Shown here: positions 12,101 through 19,852 of the stretch, piece after piece
How positions within the stretch are numbered: the first letter of the stretch is position 1
How the letters are laid out: every line of letters starts with the position of its first letter
Virus record (IMG/VR): IMGVR_UViG_3300044623_000784
Span: 54,085-118,084 of that record
DNA length: 64,000 bases
Origin: a virus
Strand: one strand, 5' to 3'
The notes under the pieces: generated by a model
The model's database searches: none
Seen by the model: the letters and a program-made list of their open reading frames with translations, nothing else
What the model was told of the DNA's origin: nothing
Made by a program: the position numbers and the translations under genes

Positions 12101-12367
12101 TCGTGAGGTTAACTTATTTCTTTCTAAAGCATCAGTAAAATGCTCTGTACTTGTTGTAACTGTTCGCATTGATGCTTGGAATTGTCCAGTAGCATTTATG
12201 CTGTTCATCAAGTTCTGTGCTTGATTTGCTGCCACTGCTGCTGCTGCAGTGCCAGACTTTGCCATCTGTGTATGGAAGGCTGATATTTGACGTTGTAGAA
12301 GTTTTAGACTTGCTAAAGCATCAGACGTATCAATATTTACATGAATATTGGATTCTACATCAGCCAT
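3098..12367 (-). CDS. tape measure protein with an internal kinase-like domain, EAAAK helix and C-terminal LysM
   Basis: 3089 aa; N-terminal TP901-like TMP core (AGPVVQQLGGDVEDLAFFLTAMKEGGINASEGANALKS); Ala/Gly-rich hydrophobic segments; coiled coils; follows tail tube and chaperones. Confidence 0.92.
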   Translation of the reverse strand: MADVESNIHVNIDTSDALASLKLLQRQISAFHTQMAKSGTAAAAVAANQAQNLMNSINATGQFQASMRTVTTSTEHFTDALERNKLTSREYFRYTGAATKTFGKLFRSEFETINKVARERVKDIQTQYIKLGRGANGALQAIAVRPLTLDMKNLGTQTAIAAQRQQLLNQLLKQGSTNLLNFGKNTQWAGRQLMVGFTVPLAMLGTTAAKTFMKLEEQAIRFKRVYGEMFTSQEETDAMVKQIQTLAKEYTKYGVAVEETMKMAADAAAMGKQGAELTAQVVQATRLAVLGGVEQTQALETTISVTNAFGVAAEDLAKKIDFLNAVENQTVVSIEDLTIAIPKAGPVVQQLGGDVEDLAFFLTAMKEGGINASEGANALKSGLASLINPSKKASAFLGDLGVNITGIVEANKGDIKATVVGFAQALDTLDPLNRARAIEQLFGKFQFSRLSTLFQNVTAQGTQAQRVLALTQATTEELSILSQRELDKIQNTTTYKFKKSMEDLKVAIAPVGEQFLKALTPIVEFVGKILDKFNNLGDGSKKFLTIFTVAVAGIGPVLLMTFGLIANAVANIIKMFASMKSMYNRTGGASKVLGEQTNYLTKEQLEASAVAASLDQVHQRLRQTFTSEATAVNALANAYKRAIAAQMGFTGPAKGGKGSQARRKYSTGTTRVPGSGNQDTVPSMLTPGEAVIPAEVAQDPRFKPIISAMVNKRLQGFNEGTDEVTQSGKAKSKVKSKPDTVFAHATGNSKVDLNNVPDEFKEKAQTLKVRGFEKGTTYTAVGFDIPESLHKDLTHNRANLVEYLEEIKKPRSVQTMTSKLMGPPSNMSPTKAAQTADQIRTNLIKALEAIPRVPLGDGSHSIPLIGDKDVYSRMGNIKSGILGGLARDPRHAGGVSALLAPQGLTSFQKPKMVYNSTATAKELYEAVEKSKSKPNTKASAKRLFDHYPGQIVKVSRDAKGNIIAYERPEVSARTNELKKTMNNAVLEDGAFKGGRSDGSSGTIKVASVSGKRSQAALLALQKLEDAKAAGKPITKYREQLSVGTGFSNVGAKHLSGVHITEDGRKVYVKPMIDEKSAMAELRATRIAREVHGLETPKQELRLIQDPITGKTMYALESEFNPKFDPETIPKKFSKKQYIKQLLAAGLRGDKDLKRGNLGGNVLTDVGPAGVFSKASGARDYAEKMPSLEEMTKTNLSGVKGDAAARSPFWFGNQTADIAKSMSAEQFESAMKKEVKKSIANLEKLIPKLQLSDAERPLYTSMLDRLKEKVDWKSIHKLHTSIAIKPDEVLQDDKTGKITKPKTEKLPANVKSSAGKKDKLMTQEPEGKSIVQGIPKKVGRFVMPGKANAPEARVTSSTALIDGARGSIAEAKAVGANIGTNISQSAAAASRTLLYGTGPIDAEAKSVRRQLEKQERVRAKTQARINANKTSMYGTTGLIDPVMRGKRKQAELAEKRSRLAEKVAYQQQVISERAAAEAKRRTPSGRIKAFVQNRQDKRAANLAAGKQSRISMGGALGVASGAAMIGSMAPGKVGEISQKVMMPLMGLSMILPMLKSPTSAVIAGLMVAVGSFVALRMAFDKAADQVLQEGEKFKGSSSAIQAIAEFSGKVTASEQMDLKRKNSFSMLGPATGKTSYGEAFVQTEEGKALTGRLAKQSAAGKGNEAAKDLTGQLSASLMSGAIDMSQAKSLAMNAARQAGDMSIGIKVIAQLESLLGPNGENLVNDPLNIRINMINENKKNLDNSIKNIKNTDPITKLAGRKNVQIAGIGASALGGAAAGAGIGGMIGGPIGAVIGAGIGTAAGAVLGFLASKKFAKRAGALGAAYAVDAKIAMEQNKELLDSFDLQYQKKIELLRTQGKINEAEALQTKYINERDKLTDAQGKLQGDIVAQYDSAGGLQESMMNGMKKATAARYKNDPNQLAYTPVVDQQAADLVSSGLITKGQEFLIQAKMASGDLPPSVLKNLLFLATDNTAIAPKIMEIITKFSGATAETIGVAAENILDAKGDVNTTVQTEFVTRVQAFEKDSDALDFAKNMIKLNNLNTVIPSDVLVSYYTNESPESKAAYEKLNSMFDQIETKKNIDVPFVYDLIPELKTDKTDAFDEKYFDTLTDDQKKTYTYTVASLINVPAPQIVATKDYQDWLKQDEVIAGKRYGGGQYKGLPEAMMIAHYTEQQGFKAVVDNKQVDTNIPGNSTGTGTGSKVQASPLDDLVKKLRDVRKNQIKVTEGWAASRKALDGLFGGKKTIDVFSGIENDLRGLGGSQDFIELIVGMDPKEYEKRKNSLFKFDNKGNIIGLKRDAKNIQEALNSITMGEWNSSMESETKAISDQSKAMDKLSKLGVPVADAYELVSNKAYAQAIANGVTEKSLGKLITKYNALTVAQKASASIQDTKTATSQLKNDRLQEQRLKQMAAGGNGLDAFAISSDNELKALEVSIFNQKKNVAKLEAKAKKTKDKADIKAAEDAAKLLAEAEAAMNERITELKKTVGLYEDLFNDLFSNVMDSFDAEERKLQIDFEMNIDNKKANAEIEKAQNEIAAMQYLSDDKEAALKAIEDQEQAINEKYDKRIEALDAVEKANANIANQQKGQLTLAEALTSGDIAAAARAAQEMRAQEAADAVTKQKDAVEQSRKYELSTATGFDKQGSKDPKLGQLKTRKQLEKEIKEIQDKIFEKEEAAIEPQQEFLRLKQIALKEDIAGIKIAGLSREAWEQIQSNVEIARIRALDFVKGIESAMKALDQGLTDLTKFQAKDLIAKYGVQTQPVNTAAADRAAAEAAAKAAAEAAAKAAAEAAAKAAAEAAAKAAADKAAAEAAAKAAAEKAAAEGKSAAEQAAAAEAARKAAEAKAKAEAEARAAAEAAAKAAAEKAATEKAAAEAKAAAEKAAAEAAAKAAADAAAAAVDNASDSPSYSVIPKTATTYVVKPGDTLSGIASQHGISLEELLDANPKFTTDPKYKGGSMIWSGTTVKIPGGGSGGGSGGGFGMQMAAMGGLINPMKFAFGGFAKGTDTVPAMLTPGEFVMSKYAVDAHGVNTMKAINSGQPTGGAVYNNTYTLTVNAKTNANPNEIAQAVMSTIKQVDDRRIRGIGINGR
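3465..3620 (-). other. LysM peptidoglycan-binding domain within the tape measure
   Basis: YVVKPGDTLSGIASQHGISLEELLDANP...IWSGTTVKIP matches the LysM pattern. Confidence 0.85.
3670..4078 (-). repeat. coding tandem repeat (AAAEAAAK)n
   Basis: Imperfect 24-nt repeats such as GCTGCAGCCTTTGCTGCTGCCTCT. Confidence 0.9.
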
Positions 12368-12385
12368 CCATTAACACCTCTTTAT

Positions 12386-12709
12386 TTAGTTATTTGCAAG
12401 ATTGCCAAGTAGTGATGCGTCAGAAAGTTTAATTCCTGATGCCTCTTCGACAATCTTGTATACTGTTGGAAGGTCTAGATTTTCTTCTAGTGCTTCCTTG
12501 TCTTCTGCCAATTCTGGCTTGTATTGCTTCATTGCTATTTGAACGCAGTCCATGAGTAAATCCATAGACTTTTCATTATCTTCTGCGACCTTTGCAATAT
12601 CTTCAAACTTCTTCATGAACGGACGTAGCAAAGAGATCTTAAGTGGTCTTACCTTGATCTTAGTGCCATCAATTAGTGTTACTGTCTTTTCTTCAGTGGC
12701 GGTTGCCAT
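12386..12709 (-). CDS. tail assembly chaperone (short form)
   Basis: 107 aa between tail tube and tape measure; GGAGG SD; paralogous to the N-terminal half of 12765-13445. Confidence 0.7.
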   Translation of the reverse strand: MATATEEKTVTLIDGTKIKVRPLKISLLRPFMKKFEDIAKVAEDNEKSMDLLMDCVQIAMKQYKPELAEDKEALEENLDLPTVYKIVEEASGIKLSDASLLGNLANN

Positions 12710-12764
12710 TTATTCCTCCTTATAAGGTTTAGTTAATTATACCATAGCGCAGGCTTATTTTTGA

Positions 12765-13445
12765 CTAATCGTAAGTCTCATAATCAAGTCCCATGCCTAT
12801 TCCAAAACCAGCCCTCTCAGCATTTGCGCCTTGTAAAGCCAGAATATCATTTCCATCTCCAGCAGCACCTTTACTAAATACTCTGGCCTTCATATCTTCC
12901 CATTCATTACCCCTGCCGTTGTTTTTATCTAAATCTACACCCTGCATGGCAGCAGAAAACTTTTTGTCACTATAGTCTAGTTCTCTTTTTATTTTTAAAG
13001 TTGCTGTTAACTCTTGCATAGACATTGATGATTCTAATTCGTCATAGTCTTTCCATATGCCAATTAAAAAAACTTCTGACTCTAGTTTTGCCAAATCTAA
13101 TGTATCCCAAGAAGATCCACTATCAACGGCTTGTTCTTTAACAGGCTCTTCTGACTTTTCATTAATTTTTATTCCTGCAGCAATATCAATAACATCGTAG
13201 ATAGTTGGCAAGTCTAGGCTGTCTTCTAAATCATCAATAGTTTTAATTGATGGGCAGTACTGCTGCATTGCAATAAGAGCGCAGTGGGCCAGGATAGATA
13301 TTGATTCGTCGTCAGTCTTTGCTTCCTTGATTGTTTCAAAGGTATCTAAAAACTCTCTTAGATATTTTATTTTTAGTGGGGCAGCAATAACAACCCTATC
13401 GTCTACTAGGTATATTTTTTTTGTGTCATATATTTTTGTTGCCAT
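12765..13445 (-). CDS. tail assembly chaperone (long, G-T fusion-like form)
   Basis: Likely start MATKIYD at 13445; N-half aligns with 12386-12709; C-terminal extension contains WKDYDELESSMSMQEL. Confidence 0.65.
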   Translation of the reverse strand: MATKIYDTKKIYLVDDRVVIAAPLKIKYLREFLDTFETIKEAKTDDESISILAHCALIAMQQYCPSIKTIDDLEDSLDLPTIYDVIDIAAGIKINEKSEEPVKEQAVDSGSSWDTLDLAKLESEVFLIGIWKDYDELESSMSMQELTATLKIKRELDYSDKKFSAAMQGVDLDKNNGRGNEWEDMKARVFSKGAAGDGNDILALQGANAERAGFGIGMGLDYETYD

Positions 13446-13466
13446 TATATAAGTATACCAAACAGA

Positions 13467-13494
13467 AAGGCCCAACCCCGAAGGATTGAGCCTC
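13467..13494. terminator. hairpin after the major tail gene
   Basis: AGGCCCAACC-CCGAA-GGATTGAGCCT imperfect inverted repeat. Confidence 0.5.
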
Positions 13495-13509
13495 TCATAT
13501 TAAGTTGTA

Positions 13510-14169
13510 TTATGCTGATGGTGCTGCGAGTGTGCGGTCTACGATCTTACCGTATGACGCATTGTCATTTGGAAGAAGACGGAATGAAACTTCAAACATT
13601 GAAGCCTCGTCACGCTTTGCAGATACTGTTACATTCTCAATTGAGAGTGCACGGTATGCTACGTAGATTCTTTCCTTGTTGATCGATGCTGAACCAGATC
13701 CTGGTCCTACTGCTACGATACCACGCTCTAGTGGAACGTCGCCAATATCTCCTGCAGACATTCTTAGTGTCGATAGGTTAGATCCTGTTGCGATTTCCTC
13801 ATTTGATGCAATTGCTACTAGAAGATTTTCTAGTGTTGCCTCTGCAAAAGATGTATTTAGATTAACTGTCATACCTTGCTTGAATAAACGAGCAACGTCG
13901 AGAAGTTGATCTACTGCTACATCACCAAAGTCTGGCTGGAATGCGAGTTCCAAACCATTCGATGTGTATCCTATATTTGTGTAGTCAGTGTCATTTGACA
14001 AAGTTTCCTTATAAGATGTTGTGGATGCTGTCATTGCTGGAAGATCTGTTGACGCTTGAGCGTCAGTAATTAATCCAGTATTTGATACGTATCCGATTGG
14101 GCCATCATGCGTAAATAGTGCTGCTGCACCTACGATAATGTTACTACTTGAACCACGGCTGTATGCCAT
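13510..14169 (-). CDS. major tail (tube) protein
   Basis: NIIVGAAALF, IGYTSNGLELAFQPDFGDVAVDQ and FAEATLENL are typical of actinophage siphoviral tube proteins; synteny. Confidence 0.8.
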   Translation of the reverse strand: MAYSRGSSSNIIVGAAALFTHDGPIGYVSNTGLITDAQASTDLPAMTASTTSYKETLSNDTDYTNIGYTSNGLELAFQPDFGDVAVDQLLDVARLFKQGMTVNLNTSFAEATLENLLVAIASNEEIATGSNLSTLRMSAGDIGDVPLERGIVAVGPGSGSASINKERIYVAYRALSIENVTVSAKRDEASMFEVSFRLLPNDNASYGKIVDRTLAAPSA

Positions 14170-14233
14170 ATATTTCACCTCTTTCGTTTTATTAAAAGGG
14201 CTTGTTTCCTCACCTTAATTATAACACCCTTTA

Positions 14234-14767
14234 TTAAGGGTTTAGTTCTAGAGGATGCCAGTCGTAGTCTATGATTATCTTATTCCCAGCATAAGTACGG
14301 GCTGTGCCAAAGTCAACAATGTCTCTTGTCTCTTCTAGTTGATAGATCTTAAAATTATGGAAATACACAGGCTTAGAATCTAAGGTTTCATAATCTAGGT
14401 TTGCCACTGCCCACTCGTTTAGGTCTTGTGCTGAGTCATCTGCATTATCAAGCAAATCACTTACTTGCTGTTGAACCTTTATCATGTTTGCTTGTGCTGC
14501 CTCACCTACAGAATAAAAATAGTATAGCAACTGTTCACACTTGATGTATGGGAATGGAGTCCTTCTCATTTTAAACATTCTGTCATATACTCCAAACACA
14601 CCATTACTTTGTGGAAATGTTTCTGTCAATGAATCAATTTCTGTTGGTAGTGTTGGAAAAAAATACGTTGTTCCAACGCTTGTATTTGTATCTGGGTCAA
14701 AGTTTGGGCTTATCTTGGCTGCCAAGTAAGCATTAATAATTGTAGGTGGATGATGAATTGTAGCCAT
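14234..14767 (-). CDS. putative tail terminator
   Basis: Position immediately before the tail tube gene; 177 aa. Confidence 0.5.
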   Translation of the reverse strand: MATIHHPPTIINAYLAAKISPNFDPDTNTSVGTTYFFPTLPTEIDSLTETFPQSNGVFGVYDRMFKMRRTPFPYIKCEQLLYYFYSVGEAAQANMIKVQQQVSDLLDNADDSAQDLNEWAVANLDYETLDSKPVYFHNFKIYQLEETRDIVDFGTARTYAGNKIIIDYDWHPLELNP

Positions 14768-15441
14768 TATGCACCCAACCCTGCGTTAGCAATCCAGCGA
14801 TATCCAGTTGCTATGCCCTTAGATCTACCCAAATTTTTTCCTGCTGGCAGATCTTTTTTGTATACCTGTGGATTTTCAAGATATCTTGCTATCCCGCTTG
14901 TTCTTAAGAATGCTTGTGAAAAATATCTATTAAAGAACATATCAAAGGTTTTTTCAAAACCACCCTCAACTTGTGTTCCTCCAGGATTTAAAACTTCAAC
15001 TGGGCCACGAGTAAAGACTGTTTCTCCATTGTCATCAAATGCCAAAACTTGTGCAGCCCTTGGTCTAATTGTAACTGGAATACCATTTTCCATAATTCTG
15101 GCCTTGTCATAAAAAGGTGTTCGTGATCCATCCTTGATTGATCTTGACTGACTAAAAGATGATTTAAAAGATAGTCCTAAATTACTGACTGTGTAAGATA
15201 TGTCGTAAAGCCTTGCTTCTGGACTTCCAGTTAGATTCCACTCATATATGTGATGAAGCATCTCTGGGTTTACTCTTGCGTTAGAGTCTATAAATTCTTT
15301 CATTACTTCAACAGTTTCCATTCCCAGAGTTTTTAAAAATACTGTCTTGCCTTTGTGTACCCCATCTAAAAATCCAATAGAGTAGTTAACTATATTATTC
15401 ATATCTTTTTTAAACTGCTTTGAGTTAAATGTTGTTATCAT
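14767..15441 (-). CDS. putative neck / tail completion protein
   Basis: Synteny; HK97 gp10-like segment (IMENGIPVTIRPRAAQVLAF...VLNPG). Confidence 0.5.
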   Translation of the reverse strand: MITTFNSKQFKKDMNNIVNYSIGFLDGVHKGKTVFLKTLGMETVEVMKEFIDSNARVNPEMLHHIYEWNLTGSPEARLYDISYTVSNLGLSFKSSFSQSRSIKDGSRTPFYDKARIMENGIPVTIRPRAAQVLAFDDNGETVFTRGPVEVLNPGGTQVEGGFEKTFDMFFNRYFSQAFLRTSGIARYLENPQVYKKDLPAGKNLGRSKGIATGYRWIANAGLGA

Positions 15442-15887
15442 ACATCACCTGACTGATTCTCTGATCTTCTTATTACTAACTTGTAGGATTCTACAGTTCC
15501 AAACGGTCCAGTAAAAGGCTCAAAGGTTGCTATTTCAAAAAGTGTGCCTTTACCAGATCTAGGACCAGATGTCTCCATGTAGATAAGGTTACCTTCTTGA
15601 TCTTTAATGTCAGATATCAAGATATTGGTTAAAGCATTCTTACTATCAAGAGAAGAGATTCTGATATCAGACTTTGATCTTCCGACAAGAATTGAATTTT
15701 GTGTAATGTTGACATTTGGCTTTACTTCTTCTTTAAATGCAGAACCTCCAGTACTAAAACTACATGCAAAAACTCTATCTAAAACCCAGTGCTTTTTGAT
15801 TGAACCAAAGTCTCCTTGTTCTACTATTGGATGATATACAGATGCCTGCATTGGAAACATGAAGTCGGGGCTTTCGCAAACTGTCAT
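15438..15887 (-). CDS. putative head-closure / head-tail adaptor
   Basis: Synteny; translationally coupled; 149 aa. Confidence 0.5.
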   Translation of the reverse strand: MTVCESPDFMFPMQASVYHPIVEQGDFGSIKKHWVLDRVFACSFSTGGSAFKEEVKPNVNITQNSILVGRSKSDIRISSLDSKNALTNILISDIKDQEGNLIYMETSGPRSGKGTLFEIATFEPFTGPFGTVESYKLVIRRSENQSGDV

Positions 15888-16783
15888 TACAATACCCCAA
15901 GTTTTGTAATAGACTTAGTATACTTTGAAAGTATCTTGTCTACAATTATGTTTCCCGTTCCTTCGAAAAGACCCTTATCAAACTGAATTCTATATTGATC
16001 TGTGTTATAAGAAGAAATAAATCTTTTGTAATAATCTAACTTTCCACACTCTAGATCGTGAATGAGCATCTCTGTTGCTCTAACAATATCTGATGGAACT
16101 GATGTGTACCCATACTCAACAGTTATTAAGTAATCCCAGGTCTTACCAAACCCTCTATAAATAAACTGTGGGTCCAGAGAATCTGATGCTGCTGCTGGTA
16201 AAACTAGTGGAGAAGATTCTGCACGATTAATGTTGTCTGATGATTTCTCAATGATTGCTGTTTTATCTGATGAGACTTCGTATTCTCTATCTTCTACTAA
16301 CTTATTGTTTTCATATACCGCCAAAACTTTCTTTACATCATCCCAGATTGGTAGGTAGTCTGCTCCAGTACCTGTAAAATGTAAAACTTTTTTCTTATAG
16401 TAAAATCCTTCTGTAACTATTGAGTCAATGATTGCTCTTGCAATTTCTTCATTTGCTGTGTAGGTAGCAATGTCTGATGCTGTAGACGCTTTTGTTGATG
16501 GGTCTACATAGGGTCTTACAATTTCATAAGTTTCATCCTGAAGAATTACTTCTCCAACTGCTCCAAGATTTTTAACAATTTCAACTCTATAGGAAGAGTC
16601 GTAGTTTCCTGGCAAAGATATATCAATAATGTTTCCTGATGATTTATTTAAAAAGGTTAGTGTCGATACTGAAAGATCCGCCATATCTGTTACGTTGGCG
16701 GTTATAGTTGATGATGTTATTCCCGCAGGAACTAAAAAATCAACAGAGATTTCTGCATATGGCGAAACTCTCAATATCTCCAT
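15887..16783 (-). CDS. head-tail connector protein
   Basis: YLITVEYGYTSVPSDIVRAT matches the connector YxxGyxxvPxdi motif. Confidence 0.7.
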   Translation of the reverse strand: MEILRVSPYAEISVDFLVPAGITSSTITANVTDMADLSVSTLTFLNKSSGNIIDISLPGNYDSSYRVEIVKNLGAVGEVILQDETYEIVRPYVDPSTKASTASDIATYTANEEIARAIIDSIVTEGFYYKKKVLHFTGTGADYLPIWDDVKKVLAVYENNKLVEDREYEVSSDKTAIIEKSSDNINRAESSPLVLPAAASDSLDPQFIYRGFGKTWDYLITVEYGYTSVPSDIVRATEMLIHDLECGKLDYYKRFISSYNTDQYRIQFDKGLFEGTGNIIVDKILSKYTKSITKLGVL

Positions 16784-16789
16784 CTTTAA

Positions 16790-17215
16790 TTATCCAAAAG
16801 CCTTCTGGACTTCTTCTGGTGAAGCAATGCGAACATGCCCCCGAGTTAGCCATTTATTTGCTTGTGCTTTTGTAACAATGTTGTATCCCTTAGTAAGTGA
16901 GCCAACCTCTTCCCAACGAACGCTTTTTGTTGAGTGAAGTGCCACCTTTTCTAAAAGGTCTACATCTGTGTTAATTGTCTTGCTTGGGCCGTCTGCTGCC
17001 ATTGATCCAATAGCACCTGTCTCTGTAAAGCCTAGTGCTTGAACTGGCTCTACTACTGCTGGTGCTTCTACTGCTGGTGCTTCTACTACTGGCTCAACTA
17101 CAGGCTCTGCTACAGGAACATGTTCTACTGGTGCCTCTACTACTGGCGCATCCACATGTGCTTGCTCTTCAGCATTGTCTACTGAAAACGGCTTATTGTA
17201 ATTATTATTTTCCAT
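16790..17215 (-). CDS. hypothetical virion-associated protein with a Pro/Val/Glu-rich N-terminus
   Basis: GGAGG SD; ORF after the capsid gene. Confidence 0.6.
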   Translation of the reverse strand: MENNNYNKPFSVDNAEEQAHVDAPVVEAPVEHVPVAEPVVEPVVEAPAVEAPAVVEPVQALGFTETGAIGSMAADGPSKTINTDVDLLEKVALHSTKSVRWEEVGSLTKGYNIVTKAQANKWLTRGHVRIASPEEVQKAFG

Positions 17216-17254
17216 TGTATCCTCCTTGTTTGTATTATATCATTAAAGTATTAA

Positions 17255-17286
17255 GGGGGACAGGAGAGTGAACTCCCGCCCCCCAT
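17255..17286 (-). terminator. hairpin terminator after the major capsid gene
   Basis: GGGGGACAGGAG-AGTGAA-CTCCCGCCCCCC inverted repeat. Confidence 0.55.
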
Positions 17287-17305
17287 TAAAGGTACTGTTT
17301 ACAGA

Positions 17306-18439
17306 TTATGAATCTGAAGCAGCGTCAGCGAATGCGATTGCATCCTCTTCTTCCCAGTTGATTCCGAAGCGAACGAATACAGTGTATTCAATTGTATCCT
17401 TCTTCGCTACGTACTCACGGTTTACAGTGATGTCTCTTTGGAATCCCCATACACGGTTTGCAGGGAATGTCAAATCGATATAGCCTGCTGGGTAGTAAGG
17501 AACTTCCTGAACTTCAATTCCGAGAACACGAGTTGTACGTGCTCCACCGAATGTCTGTCCGATACCATCAAGGTATGATTGGCGGTTTGCCTGGGTTGAT
17601 CCTGGGACCTGTCCAGCAAATGCTTCTGCTACTGCATCAGCAAGTGTACCGTTGTTCTTAACGATTCCACCGAATGCATCTGTACCTGCGTAGAACTTAA
17701 GATTGTTCTTAAGTGCACGGTACTTACGTGGCATTGCATTGATGATGCCCTGCATTACATCAGGTGTCCAAGCATTATCTGCTACGGTTACTACTGACTC
17801 ATGTGCATCTCCGTTTGTCTTTGCCTTATTTACAAAGCCATCCATGATTGACAAGAATGATCCTGTTGCACCATCACCATTGATAGCGAGATCTTCGATA
17901 TCATTTGCGAATGCGTTGGTCATCAAGCGTACTAAGTGATCTTCTAGAGCGTCACCTTCTACACCATCTTCCAATGATTCTGCTGTTACTTCCCAATCAA
18001 GACGAATCTTCTTGGTAGTAAGTTCGACCTTAGAGAATGTTGCGCCTGTGTTTGTGTATGTACCAATTGCTTGCGCTGCTGCACGAATTACACGCTCACC
18101 GACATTTACCTTCTCAAGTTCCATTGAATTAGCCTTCATTGTTACACGACGGCCATCCTTTGCTAATACTGTAGCGTCCCAAACATAGTCGATAAAACGA
18201 CGTGCCTGCTCGGGGCGCAAAATTCCAGAAGCCGCTGAACCACTAGGGTTAACAGCGTTTGCTCCGCTTGTAGATCCAAGAGTTGCTGTTGGAATGTTAC
18301 CAAGTGTATCTGCACCTGGGTTTGCTACTCCACCAATTCCACCTGATGCGAAAGCACCTTGGCCCTGGTAAAGTCCTGGTGCTGTTCCACCTAGATCTGA
18401 ACCTGCGCCTGGCTGGTTTTTGATTATTTCTTCTGACAT
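17306..18439 (-). CDS. major capsid protein (HK97 fold)
   Basis: GILRPEQARRFIDYV, VELTTKKIRLDWEVTAESLED and FANDIEDLAINGD; GGAGG SD before MSEE at 18439. Confidence 0.9.
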   Translation of the reverse strand: MSEEIIKNQPGAGSDLGGTAPGLYQGQGAFASGGIGGVANPGADTLGNIPTATLGSTSGANAVNPSGSAASGILRPEQARRFIDYVWDATVLAKDGRRVTMKANSMELEKVNVGERVIRAAAQAIGTYTNTGATFSKVELTTKKIRLDWEVTAESLEDGVEGDALEDHLVRLMTNAFANDIEDLAINGDGATGSFLSIMDGFVNKAKTNGDAHESVVTVADNAWTPDVMQGIINAMPRKYRALKNNLKFYAGTDAFGGIVKNNGTLADAVAEAFAGQVPGSTQANRQSYLDGIGQTFGGARTTRVLGIEVQEVPYYPAGYIDLTFPANRVWGFQRDITVNREYVAKKDTIEYTVFVRFGINWEEEDAIAFADAASDS

Positions 18440-18462
18440 ATTGTCACCTCCTAGTGATTTGT

Positions 18463-19800
18463 TCATTTGAATAGATCGGCTGTTTTGAGGAAACTACCGC
18501 CCCATAGGGATTTTTCAACCGTTTCAGGTTGATTCTGAAAGATATCGCCGATATCTCCAGACTTTCGGAATGCGGTGTCTGCTTCCACAGCGTCTACTCG
18601 TTTTCCAAATTCATTAAACTCATTTGATACTGCTGCAATATCTTTTGCAACTGCTGCAAATGAATCCTTTACTGTATCAACATCGACCTTTGAAGACTTA
18701 AGAAGTTCTACTTCTGCTTGCAAAGACTTTACTGTTGACACTAGATCGCTAAAGGCTGATTCTAGAGTATTTTTCATTTCAGTAACTGCTTCTGCAATTA
18801 CCTCTTCTGACTTAGATACTTCTACAACTGCTTCTGTTACTGCCTCGACTGCTTCAGCATCTTCTGCTTTTACAATCTCTTCTGCTACAACTTCATCAGT
18901 CTTGACAACATCTGCTGTCTCAACCTCTTCTGCCTTAGCAACTTCCTCAGTAACCTCTGCAACTGATGCATCTGCCTCTGGAGCGACCACAACATCTTCA
19001 ATTACGTCTGTCTTTTCAACTTGTGTTTTTGATTTTGTCATAGGTTGTACCTCCTTGTTAATCTTAGAAGTATTAATGCCTTTAGCACTATCAACTAAGA
19101 ATTTTATCATGTCTGTCTTTTCGTTATCTGTTTTTTCAACGAAACCTATATTTGCCATTTGCTCACCAGTAGTTGGACTTAACTCTGACTCATTTTCTGA
19201 AACCATAACAATGCCTGATTCCTTATCATAAAAAACATTTTCTAGTACTGTCTCGTCGCCCTTAATGATGTCTACTCCATCTACCTTTTCAACAGATACA
19301 ATGTTTGCAAACTGATTTGCTGGGGAATCTACAAGACTCAACTCAACCAAATCATATTGCTTAATAATTCTAATTGCTTTTTCTGACTTTTCGTCATAAC
19401 CGTCATCCCACTTGTTCATTCGTCCACCAATAGAAAAACCAGTTAGCGTTCCATCTAAAACTTTTTCCCAAGTATCTTGTGCACCCTTTGAAACATATGC
19501 TGATACGAATACGCCATTATAAAACTTCTTTGAGTCTGGATCAAAATACTTATCTGCTTTAAATGAAACCATCTTTCCTACTGCTAGTGGCTGATGCATT
19601 TCTCTGATGTTCCCTCGGAATTTTGCAAATGCATCCATTGATGCTTCTGCTGTTACAATATCATCTTGCTTATCAATATTGTCTAAAGAGGCAAATCCAG
19701 AAACGATTCGACGCTCCTTGTCCACCTTAGTAAGTGGCATGGAAAGACGTAAATTTTCCCCATCTGAATTCCAATGGGCTTTGGATATATTGCTCACCAT
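18463..19800 (-). CDS. prohead protease fused to an acidic scaffold domain
   Basis: GFASLDNIDKQDDIV, REMH, GFSIGG and ELSLVDSPAN are HK97-type protease motifs; Glu/Val/Ala coiled-coil C-half. Confidence 0.88.
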   Translation of the reverse strand: MVSNISKAHWNSDGENLRLSMPLTKVDKERRIVSGFASLDNIDKQDDIVTAEASMDAFAKFRGNIREMHQPLAVGKMVSFKADKYFDPDSKKFYNGVFVSAYVSKGAQDTWEKVLDGTLTGFSIGGRMNKWDDGYDEKSEKAIRIIKQYDLVELSLVDSPANQFANIVSVEKVDGVDIIKGDETVLENVFYDKESGIVMVSENESELSPTTGEQMANIGFVEKTDNEKTDMIKFLVDSAKGINTSKINKEVQPMTKSKTQVEKTDVIEDVVVAPEADASVAEVTEEVAKAEEVETADVVKTDEVVAEEIVKAEDAEAVEAVTEAVVEVSKSEEVIAEAVTEMKNTLESAFSDLVSTVKSLQAEVELLKSSKVDVDTVKDSFAAVAKDIAAVSNEFNEFGKRVDAVEADTAFRKSGDIGDIFQNQPETVEKSLWGGSFLKTADLFK

Positions 19801-19852
19801 TATATTATAAACCCCCTTTTATAAATATATCACAATGTGGACATATTAGACA

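Noticed and set aside
12386-13475. Programmed -1 frameshift between the tail chaperones
   Set aside because: The ORFs are separated by a spacer with its own promoter-like element and SD, the long one comes first, and they are paralogs.
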